A program made the position numbers and the translations under genes. From Treponemataceae bacterium (lineage in GTDB: Bacteria; Spirochaetota; Spirochaetia; Treponematales; Rectinemataceae), in NCBI GenBank assembly GCA_963678065.2, contig CAXXVZ010000003.1, positions 1,632,001 to 1,696,000 of the forward strand: DNA of 64,000 bases. The letters are read 5' to 3'. Below are positions 19,536 to 27,659 of the stretch, one piece after another; within the stretch, counting starts at the first letter, position 1, and every line of letters begins with the position of its first letter. Below the pieces are notes generated by a model that was not told the DNA's origin, did no database searches, and was given only the letters and a program-made list of their open reading frames with translations.

Positions 19536-20744
19536 TCAGTTGTTTCCCATCAGTTGGTTCGAGTTAAGCCATTCGGTGAAAATCATTTCGGTCGCGCCAT
19601 GCGTCATGAGTTCCTCATGGTTCCCGATCACAGCAATGGGCGTATCGTTGTCGTCGATTATGAAGGATCGCTCCCGCATGCTGAGGTGGACAGTCTCGAT
19701 GCACTCTTTGATGACCGGTATGCTGTTGCCGCAGACACCGACCATCTCGGGGTTGAACAGATCTATGAGGGAACCGATCACATCCCCGATGGCGCGGCCC
19801 GTCCTCTCGAGTATGCGGCGGGCCTCAGGATCGCCGCTGCGGAGCGCCGCGAGGTACTCCCCGAGGAAGAAATCCTGGCGCCCCAGTATCTCGCGCATCT
19901 CGTACTTCCCCTCGTAGAAATCGAACAGCATGTGTCGAAGTGTCGCCACGGTTTCCAGACAGCTCGTCGCCCCACAGGTGCCGCAGCGCTTGTCGCTCTC
20001 GCTGCTCCGGAGATGGCCGACTTCGCCCGCGTAGCCTGAGCGCCCGGTGAGGATTTTCCCCCCGCTGAGTATTCCGAGACCGATACCGTGTGTGAAATAG
20101 AGGATCAGCATGTCGCCGATCCTGCCGTTCGCCTCCACGCCGTATCCGAGGGCGATGAGGTTCGCGTCGTTCTCCACGACCACTGCGGTTGAGAATAGTT
20201 CCTTCATCCGTTCCCGAAGCCGGATGTGGTTGATCAGCTTCTTGCCCTGAGTGAACGTGGTCTCCCTCGTCTTGTCGAAGACGCCGGGGATGGCGAGACA
20301 TATCCCAAAGAGGCTCTCCAGTTCCCGTCCGCAGTCGCTCAAGGCCTCCAGCATCCCTTTTTTGATCCTGTCCATGAGGGATTCGAGGGAAATGACATCG
20401 TCGTAGGACACTATGCGGGACAGGATTTTCGTGAAGGAGAAATCTATGATTTCCAGCCTGAAGGCGTCGATGGGATAACTGAACGTCAATATGGCGAAGC
20501 AGCCGGCGGCTGGATTCAGGCAAATATTGCTCGGTCTCCTGCCGCCGGTGGACATCGAGCCCTCTTCGGAGACGATGAATCCTGTCTCCTCCAGGGACTT
20601 GCAGAGGTTGGATATCGTAGAGAAACTGAGCTGGAGGCGGGAGGCGAGTTCGACTTTCGTCATCGCCCCTTCTCGCCTGAGTTCCTGGAGAATGACACCG
20701 GCGCTCTGTTCCTTCGGCCGCTTCTTCATCGCGTCTCCGTTCAT
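19536..20744 (-). CDS. ROK-family transcriptional repressor (NagC/XylR-like)
   Basis: N-terminal HTH, STGGRRP, ENDAN, AGEVGH, CGTCGATSCLE. Confidence 0.92.
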   Translation of the reverse strand: MNGDAMKKRPKEQSAGVILQELRREGAMTKVELASRLQLSFSTISNLCKSLEETGFIVSEEGSMSTGGRRPSNICLNPAAGCFAILTFSYPIDAFRLEIIDFSFTKILSRIVSYDDVISLESLMDRIKKGMLEALSDCGRELESLFGICLAIPGVFDKTRETTFTQGKKLINHIRLRERMKELFSTAVVVENDANLIALGYGVEANGRIGDMLILYFTHGIGLGILSGGKILTGRSGYAGEVGHLRSSESDKRCGTCGATSCLETVATLRHMLFDFYEGKYEMREILGRQDFFLGEYLAALRSGDPEARRILERTGRAIGDVIGSLIDLFNPEMVGVCGNSIPVIKECIETVHLSMRERSFIIDDNDTPIAVIGNHEELMTHGATEMIFTEWLNSNQLMGNN

Positions 20745-20783
20745 AGTTCGATATCCTCCCCTTCGTTTTTTATCATCACTATT

Positions 20784-21701
20784 CTACAGGGATCGGACGA
20801 AATCGACCTTCCAATCGACCTTCCGCCCCTCGTTTTTCGTCACGCGGGGGTCGTCGAAGAGCTTCTCGTAGGCCTGCTCGAAGGAGAGGACCTCGATATC
20901 CAGCTTCTTCACGTAGGCGAGAATCTCCTCGATCACAGAGAGCCTGTCATTTATTTTCAGAAGAGCCCAGTCGTGCACGACCCAGGTCCAGATGTTGTCG
21001 CTTTTCTCTATCTGGTGGAGCGCCTGCTTCACGTAGCTCACGTAACCGTCGGCTGTGCCCCAGCCGTATCTCTGCGCCCAGGTGATGTCGGAGTATCCTT
21101 TGATGCAGAAGTCGATGATGTCCGGATAGCCCTGTGTCGCGTGATTGAAAGGGTGATAGTCGAAGGGCAAGGCCTCGCGGATGGCCAGTTCCTCTTTGTT
21201 GAGGTGGAAGCACCGTATGTAGCGGATGCCCTCCTCGTGCAGAACTTTGAGAATGTCCGGCCGGTCGGCGAGTCCCATGTAATACGCGAAGGGCGTGCTT
21301 AAGCCCCGGCACGCGATGCCGAGCTCGCGCTTGAAAACCTCGTTTGTCGTGCGCAACTCCCACCGTACTTCGTCGTTGTCTTTTGCGGTGGGCCAGTTGA
21401 ACAGTTCGACGCGGCCGTTGTGCGTGACAACCGCGGGCTTGAGGCTCGTATGGTTGTACGTGTGCTGCTGGAAATCGAGCCACGGATTATTCAGGTGCTT
21501 CTTGAATGGACCGGGCACTCGCTCCAAAAGACTCCCCGTGATGAAGAGCGTGGCGGGTATCTGGTACTGAGCGTGGAGCTCGGAGGCTCTGTCCATGAAT
21601 TTGAGGGTGTTGGCTTCGAGCTGCGCCGGGGTCTTCAGCTTCGCCTCGTGATCGCCTGGCGTGCCTGCTTCAACATCGTACCCGATCAAAAAAATCCCCA
21701 T
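20784..21701 (-). CDS. Polysaccharide deacetylase (NodB/CE4-like) family protein
   Basis: YDVE, ATLFITG, QHTYNH, VHDW; no signal peptide seen. Confidence 0.8.
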   Translation of the reverse strand: MGIFLIGYDVEAGTPGDHEAKLKTPAQLEANTLKFMDRASELHAQYQIPATLFITGSLLERVPGPFKKHLNNPWLDFQQHTYNHTSLKPAVVTHNGRVELFNWPTAKDNDEVRWELRTTNEVFKRELGIACRGLSTPFAYYMGLADRPDILKVLHEEGIRYIRCFHLNKEELAIREALPFDYHPFNHATQGYPDIIDFCIKGYSDITWAQRYGWGTADGYVSYVKQALHQIEKSDNIWTWVVHDWALLKINDRLSVIEEILAYVKKLDIEVLSFEQAYEKLFDDPRVTKNEGRKVDWKVDFVRSL

Positions 21702-21807
21702 TTTCCTTCTCCTTGCGACGATTGGATGATTGCTGGGCAGAATCCGCCCGCATGGCGCGACCCGTCCCTCCGCTTCTGCGGGGTCGGGCGCGCGCGGAAT
21801 TCCCCCA

Positions 21808-23064
21808 TCATTTCTGCTTCAGATATGTCGTCCTTATTTTATTGGCTTCAGCGATAAAGCTGTCGATATCGGGTTTCTCGTAGAAATCCGTCGCAAGCTC
21901 CTGGTTGATCCTCTGGAATCCCATCGTGGGGGCGACGACGAAGAACCCGCCGACGATCGATACGCTCGGTCCCGCGGAATCGAGAATTTTCTTGAGCGCG
22001 GGGGTGAAGTCTTTCACGTTCTTGTTGAGCACGACCGCGCCGTTCATCGCCTGGATTCTCTGCACCTCCTCGGAGGCCATGTAGGCGAGGAAAGCGTACG
22101 CGCCTTCCTTGTTCCTGGCTCTCTTGGGAATCGACATAGCGTCGTAGGGGCCGGTGAGTGTGGGACCGAATTTCGTGTTGCTGCGCGGGAAAACGAACAC
22201 ATCGTAGTCGACCCCGTACTTCCAGCCTATGTTCTCGAGAACGGCGACTGCGTAGGAGCCGATGAAGTCCATGGCGGCCTTGCCTTCTTTGACGAGGTTC
22301 AAACCTTCCGGCCAGGTGCGCGCGCGGCCATCGGGGAACCAGTACCCTTTGTCGACCCAGCGTTTCCAGATAGTGAGCATGTCGCGGATCATGGGGTCGG
22401 ACCAGTCGGCGTTCAGCGAAGCGAAGTCGAGGTAGCGGGCCGCGCCGCCCAGCGCCGGCATCAGCAGCTCCATCGGAAACGCGGACCTGTAGAGATCTTT
22501 CCACCCGGAGGCCAGGGGATAGAGCCCCGAATCCTTCACCGTCTTGAGAATCTTTTCGAAATCGTCGAAGGTCTTGGGCTCGGACAGCCCCAGCTTGGCG
22601 AAGATCGCCTTGTTGTACACGACGATGTTGACGTTGGTCTTGGTCGGGATATTCCAGACGCTGCCCTTGTAGGAAAGAGAGGCCTTGGTCTCGTCGGTGA
22701 ACTCAGCGGAGAGCTTGTACTTGTCCCACATCTCGTTCAGAGGCTCGAGTACGCCCTTGTCCACCAGTTCGTAGGTTCGCGCTCCAGGATACGAGATGAA
22801 CACGTCGGGAGGCGTGTTGCCTGCGAGAAGCTGGATGATTTTCTGATGAAATGAAGCGGTGTCGTACACCAGCTGCTCCACTTTGTAGTTGGGGTACTTC
22901 GACTCGAAGTTCGCGACGATCTTGTCGATAATCGCCTTTTCGGCTGGGTTCCCCCACACGTGCATGATCTGCACGACAGATGGCGTATTCTTCTGCGCCC
23001 CGATGGTGGACGCCACGCCGAGCATAAGAAACAGACAGACCCAAGCGAAAGCGAGCTTTTTCAT
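21808..23064 (-). CDS. Carbohydrate ABC transporter substrate-binding protein
   Basis: Signal peptide; PPDVF, YNKAIFAKLGLSEPKTFDDF, GKAAM. Confidence 0.92.
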   Translation of the reverse strand: MKKLAFAWVCLFLMLGVASTIGAQKNTPSVVQIMHVWGNPAEKAIIDKIVANFESKYPNYKVEQLVYDTASFHQKIIQLLAGNTPPDVFISYPGARTYELVDKGVLEPLNEMWDKYKLSAEFTDETKASLSYKGSVWNIPTKTNVNIVVYNKAIFAKLGLSEPKTFDDFEKILKTVKDSGLYPLASGWKDLYRSAFPMELLMPALGGAARYLDFASLNADWSDPMIRDMLTIWKRWVDKGYWFPDGRARTWPEGLNLVKEGKAAMDFIGSYAVAVLENIGWKYGVDYDVFVFPRSNTKFGPTLTGPYDAMSIPKRARNKEGAYAFLAYMASEEVQRIQAMNGAVVLNKNVKDFTPALKKILDSAGPSVSIVGGFFVVAPTMGFQRINQELATDFYEKPDIDSFIAEANKIRTTYLKQK

Positions 23065-23072
23065 GAGCCCTC

Positions 23073-23135
23073 CTTATGATATGACTTCTTATAAGTCGTA
23101 TCATAAGTAATAACACAACCTTCCCCACCTGTCAA
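23073..23135 (-). promoter_or_regulatory. Promoter and palindromic operator of the sugar operon
   Basis: TTGACA (23135-23130)-17-TATTAC, immediately followed by a 15-bp inverted repeat at 23073-23107. Confidence 0.7.
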
Positions 23136-23215
23136 CAAAATAATGTGCTCGTTTTCAACGCCCGACTTGTCGACATGAACGACTCCGATCGGCGCCTCTG
23201 TCTGCCCGTGTTGCC

Positions 23216-23244
23216 TTGCGGGGAAAGCGCAAACAGGGTATAGT
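23216..23244 (+). promoter_or_regulatory. sigma70-like promoter of the MFS gene
   Basis: TTGCGG-17-TATAGT. Confidence 0.5.
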
Positions 23245-23312
23245 CTGCCGTTATACAGAGGTTTCATCCGGTGTATTCGCCTGCCGACAATACGATCGGT
23301 AATTCAGAATAA

Positions 23313-24578
23313 ATGAAGAATCATAGCACTCTTTCAGAGAAAGCCCGGTCAGCGATCGGATGGGCCAGCCTCGATGCGCGCATCGGGACAAGCAACTTCC
23401 TTTTGTATGCCATCTACGGAATCGTATCTCCCTACCTCCAGATCCTGCTCCGGGGCCTCGGATACAGTCCGGCAGTCGTCGGCTTCCTTCTCGGGCTCTA
23501 CGAGATAGCCGGGATTGCCGGACCCGTCTTCATTTCGCGGGCCGTGGACGGAAACGGCCGATACAGGGGAGCGCTCGCCCTGTGCAGCCTCCTCGTCGTG
23601 GCGACGACAGTTCCCCTTGTCCTCGTCCACAACACGCTTGCCACCGCCCTCTCCATCATCGCATTCTCCCTCGGCATCAAATCTCTCATACCCATCCTCG
23701 ACGCCTCCGTCATGACACTCACCGAGCGAACCCACAAAACCGGAAACGAGGAAATGGACTCGCTTCCGAAGCCGAAATACGGGTATGGGCTCCTCAGATC
23801 CATGGGATCGGCGGGCTTCGTGGTCATGGCCATCATCTTGCAGATCCTGCCGGGATTCGACGGCAGTCCGCCGCGCGTGTTCGGAATCTGGATCATGGCC
23901 TCGACAGTCGCATTTGGACTCACCCTGACTTTCATCCCCGAGATCGACTCGATACCGAAGAAAAGGAGGGAGAAGGAAAGAGCCGCAAGGGCGAGGCTCG
24001 ATCCGGTCTTTCTGCTCGGCCTCGCCGTCATCGCCCTCAACAGGATGGGCATGTCCGCGGTATCTTCCTTTTTTTCCCTCTACGTGAAGGAGGAACTGGG
24101 CTGGGACGCGGTCAGCGGACTCTGGGCCTTCGCCGCGGCGGTGGAGATCCCCTTCCTCATCGTCTCGGGCAGGCTCATCAAGCGCTGGGGCGCCATGAAG
24201 ATCATGGCCATCTCCTCGCTGTCCATCGCGGTCAGGCTGATCATCTACGCGCTTTTTCCGAGCCCGGCAGGGGCGGTGGCCGGACAGATCCTGCATTCGG
24301 CGAGTTACGGCCTCTTCCAGCCGGCCGCGGTCGCCTTCGTATCATACAAGTACCCGCCTGAAAAACGCGCGATGGGTATGGCGCTGTACATGGGCATCGG
24401 AGTCGGAATGCCTTTCTTCTTCGGGAGTTCCACGGGGGGCGTCATCGTGGAGACGCTGGGATACAGGGTCCTTTTCGCGGTCTTTTCGCTCTTCGCCATC
24501 GCGAGTGTCGTCCTCTACAGACTGAACGGCAGAGTTCTGGACGAAGTCGACGGGGCTCAGAGGAGCGGTGGGCTTTAG
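23313..24578 (+). CDS. MFS transporter
   Basis: About 12 hydrophobic segments; YGLLRSMGSAGF, AAAVEIPF, QILHSASYG. Confidence 0.9.
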   Translation: MKNHSTLSEKARSAIGWASLDARIGTSNFLLYAIYGIVSPYLQILLRGLGYSPAVVGFLLGLYEIAGIAGPVFISRAVDGNGRYRGALALCSLLVVATTVPLVLVHNTLATALSIIAFSLGIKSLIPILDASVMTLTERTHKTGNEEMDSLPKPKYGYGLLRSMGSAGFVVMAIILQILPGFDGSPPRVFGIWIMASTVAFGLTLTFIPEIDSIPKKRREKERAARARLDPVFLLGLAVIALNRMGMSAVSSFFSLYVKEELGWDAVSGLWAFAAAVEIPFLIVSGRLIKRWGAMKIMAISSLSIAVRLIIYALFPSPAGAVAGQILHSASYGLFQPAAVAFVSYKYPPEKRAMGMALYMGIGVGMPFFFGSSTGGVIVETLGYRVLFAVFSLFAIASVVLYRLNGRVLDEVDGAQRSGGL

Positions 24579-24616
24579 CAAGTATCGGAAAATCGCTTTC
24601 GACTTTTCGACACCTG

Positions 24617-25198
24617 CTAGATGCCGGGTTCCCGTGCGAGCAGGCGGTCGGCGAGGAACAGTGCGGTCGCCATGAGGGCGTGGGAATAGGGAGCTTCACC
24701 CATGTGAGAGCGGACTTCCTCCACCGGGACGAGGAGCGCATCGAGAATCTCGTTCTCGTCGAGATTCCTCTCGCCGCCACCTTGGAGCATGTCGGCGACA
24801 TAGACGTGAAACCTGTTGTCCATCATCGCTGGATTGGGGGACATCGTGCCGGCATGGCGGATGCGCCCGGCGCGGAAACCGGTTTCCTCCAGAAGCTCGC
24901 GCCTCGCGGCTGCCAAAGGGTCTTCTCCCGGATCGACCATTCCGCCGGGAAATTCGAGGCAGACAGCATCCATGCCGTGGCGGTACTGTCTGACCATCAG
25001 GAAATAGTCTCCGTCATCCCGGTGAAGGATGGGCACGACATTCGCCCAGTCGCCCGTCTCGAGGACCATGAAGCGGCCTTTCCGGCCATCGGGGGCCTGA
25101 CAGAGTCTGTCCGTGACCGTGAAGATCCTGCATTCGAGCAATTCATGTCGTTCGAGCACTTTCCAGGCGAGAGCCCCTGAACCGTCTCCGGCTACCAT
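24617..25198 (-). CDS. Nudix hydrolase (ADP-ribose pyrophosphatase-like)
   Basis: VRQYRHG, EFPGGMVDPGEDPLAAARRELLEETGF; GGAGG RBS. Confidence 0.9.
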   Translation of the reverse strand: MVAGDGSGALAWKVLERHELLECRIFTVTDRLCQAPDGRKGRFMVLETGDWANVVPILHRDDGDYFLMVRQYRHGMDAVCLEFPGGMVDPGEDPLAAARRELLEETGFRAGRIRHAGTMSPNPAMMDNRFHVYVADMLQGGGERNLDENEILDALLVPVEEVRSHMGEAPYSHALMATALFLADRLLAREPGI

Positions 25199-25324
25199 TT
25201 TTGCCTCCGGGAGGGCATGATAGCCGCAGCCGGTGGCGACAGGCAAGTCATGCGTGATACAAAGGGAAAGTCCTGTGTCCGACGGAATATTCGCCGCTCG
25301 GGAACTCTGGACAGGAGGGTAAAA

Positions 25325-25657
25325 ATGGATTGGGCGATGCAATTCCCGGGGGCCGTCACCGTCTGTGACGGAGACCTCACCATTGTGTACATGAACGAGA
25401 AGGCCATCGCGGGCTTCTCGGGGAAGGGCGGCGAAAGTCTGCTCGGAAAAAACCTTGCCGACTGCCACCAGCCGCGATCCATGGAGATCGTGCGGAGGAT
25501 CCTCGAAACGGGCGAACCTAACGTTTACACGATCGAGAAGGGCGGAAAGAAAAAAATGATATACCAGGCGCCCTGGCGGAAGGAGGGCGCGATAGCGGGA
25601 CTCGTGGAGATCTCCATGGAAATCCCAGCCGTGATGCCGCACTTCGTCAGGAGCTGA
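25325..25657 (+). CDS. Stand-alone PAS-domain protein
   Basis: AVTVCDGDLTIVYMNE, LLGKNLADCH; AGGAGG RBS. Confidence 0.85.
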   Translation: MDWAMQFPGAVTVCDGDLTIVYMNEKAIAGFSGKGGESLLGKNLADCHQPRSMEIVRRILETGEPNVYTIEKGGKKKMIYQAPWRKEGAIAGLVEISMEIPAVMPHFVRS

Positions 25658-25904
25658 GCTCTCGCGCGGTATTCTCCGGCTTTAGTTCGCACAATTCAGC
25701 CAAGAACTCATGTCACACACCGATGAAGACTCTTCGTCGGTGTGGCTGTTCTTGCTCTTGTACCGGCAACTCTCGGCCCGGTATACAGGCAAGTCCATTG
25801 ATTGTCTGTTCTCTATTCAGATAACATTTTTTTATTTGACAAAGTAACAAAATGTACTACTACTTATTATTAAATCTTTATTGCACTTGATAACAGGAGG
25901 AAGC

Positions 25905-26222
25905 TTGGACCTAAAGCGAATCCTTCTTTTTGTTGACTCTTTCCAACAGGAATTTCCGGGATACGAATGCGAAAACAGACCGAGCGCGGACAAATCACTT
26001 GATGCTACGCTGTTTTTCGTAACAAATGCCTCGTCATACATCGGATCGTTCTTTTTGAAAAATGAACTCCTGAATGACTTGGAACCAATCTATATCATTT
26101 GGATTCTCAAAAGAGTGTGCCTTATCGAAAAACTAAGCAAAGAGAAACAACCTGTAGTGGGGCCGATAGGTATCATCCGTTTCGAATCTCCCGAACATAC
26201 TCCCAGTATGCTTCAGGGATGA
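25905..26222 (+). CDS. Hypothetical low-GC protein (105 aa)
   Basis: AGGAGG then TTG start; TTGACA at 25836; no recognisable domain. Confidence 0.5.
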   Translation: MDLKRILLFVDSFQQEFPGYECENRPSADKSLDATLFFVTNASSYIGSFFLKNELLNDLEPIYIIWILKRVCLIEKLSKEKQPVVGPIGIIRFESPEHTPSMLQG

Positions 26223-26296
26223 CAGTCGCTCCTGTACATATTGTATATCCGCGCCGCATCGGGGATGCTATACTCCTTCACGGGAGACAGGAATAG

Positions 26297-27253
26297 ATGC
26301 AGAACCTGCGGGAAACCGACTTCAGTGTTGTCGTGCCCGTCTTCAACGAGGCGGAAAATCTCGCGCCCCTCGCGAACGCGCTCGACGCCGTCCTCTCTCC
26401 CCTGGGCGGCTGGGAAGCGATCTTCGTGGACGACGGCAGTTCCGACGATTCGGCCGGCGCCATGCGATCTCTCCACGAAGCCGACCCGCGCTACAAGTAC
26501 CTGCTTCTCTCGCGGAATTTCGGCAAGGAGGCGGCCATCCTGGCCGGCCTTTCGGCTGTATCGGGGTCGGCGGTCATCGTCATGGACGCCGATCTCCAGC
26601 ACCCTCCCGACGCCCTGCCGGAGATGATAGCCATCTGGCGTTCTGGTACGGCCGACATCGTGGACGGGATCAAGCGCTCGCGCGGCAGGGAGTCCGTTTC
26701 CTACGGACTCGCGGCCTCGGCCTTCAACCGCTCCATGTCGGGCGCGAGCGGAAAGGACATGCGAGGCTCTTCAGATTTCAAGCTCATGGACCGCCGGGTC
26801 GCGGACACCGTCGCGGCCTTCCCCGAGCGGGTGCGCTTTTTCCGCGGCCTCACGGAGTGGGCCGGCTTCCGCCACGCCACGATCGAATACGACGTGGCGC
26901 CGCGCAGGAACGGGAACTCCACATGGAAGCCCAGCGCCCTCATCCGCTACTCGATCTCCAGCATCGTGTCCTTCTCGTCGGCCCCGCTCAGGGCGATTTC
27001 GACCCTCGGCTTCGTGACCCTGCTTTTTTCCCTCGCGCTCGGCGTCGACACTCTGTACATGAAACTGTCCGGCCGCGCGGTCGAGGGCTTCACCACGGTC
27101 CTCCTCTCGGTCGCTTTCTTCTCGGGCGCCATCATCCTCTGCCTCGGCATTATGGGGGAGTATCTCTCCCGCATGTACGACGAACTCAAGCGCAGGCCGG
27201 CGTACATCGTGAAAGAGAGCCGGACGGGGGAGGAGCCTGCCGATGAGAGTTGA
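26297..27253 (+). CDS. GT2 polyprenol-phosphate glycosyltransferase (GtrB/ArnC-like)
   Basis: VVPVFNE, VDDGS, SRNFGKE, MDADLQHPP, SDFKLMDR, two C-terminal TMs. Confidence 0.93.
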   Translation: MQNLRETDFSVVVPVFNEAENLAPLANALDAVLSPLGGWEAIFVDDGSSDDSAGAMRSLHEADPRYKYLLLSRNFGKEAAILAGLSAVSGSAVIVMDADLQHPPDALPEMIAIWRSGTADIVDGIKRSRGRESVSYGLAASAFNRSMSGASGKDMRGSSDFKLMDRRVADTVAAFPERVRFFRGLTEWAGFRHATIEYDVAPRRNGNSTWKPSALIRYSISSIVSFSSAPLRAISTLGFVTLLFSLALGVDTLYMKLSGRAVEGFTTVLLSVAFFSGAIILCLGIMGEYLSRMYDELKRRPAYIVKESRTGEEPADES

Positions 27254-27659
27254 CCTTGCGTCTCTTCCGGGACGATTCGCCCGCTACCTTCTTTCGGGCG
27301 GCATCGTCGTCGCGGTCGACTACGCGGTCTTCTTCTTCCTCGACAGAGGCATAGGCGCGGGGCTCGCCCTCTCGCAGGGCTGTGCGCGGCTCGCGGGCGC
27401 CGTCTCGGGGTTTTTTCTGCAGAGAAATTTCGTCTTCGCGGCCGGAAGGCAGTCTCCGGGCGGAGTGGCCAGGCAAGGCTTCGCGTACGGCGCCCTCACT
27501 GTCTTCAACATCGCGCTCTCGGCCTGGTGCGCAGATTTTCTCGGAAACAGCCTCGGCCTCCATCCCGACATCGCCGTCAAGCTCACCACCGATGCCCTCC
27601 TCGCCGGAGAAACCTTCTTCCTCCTGCATCTCGTATTCCGCAGGAGAGTCCCTGAATGA
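27243..27659 (+). CDS. GtrA-family flippase-like protein
   Basis: 138 aa, 4 TMs; FARYLLSG...VDY, FFLQRNFVF. Confidence 0.88.
   Translation: MRVDLASLPGRFARYLLSGGIVVAVDYAVFFFLDRGIGAGLALSQGCARLAGAVSGFFLQRNFVFAAGRQSPGGVARQGFAYGALTVFNIALSAWCADFLGNSLGLHPDIAVKLTTDALLAGETFFLLHLVFRRRVPE

Noticed and set aside
14248..23312. Sugar operon as a mobile island
   Set aside because: No integrase, tRNA or flanking direct repeats found
25690..25800. Known riboswitch
   Set aside because: Hairpins are present but I recognise no riboswitch consensus; needs Infernal
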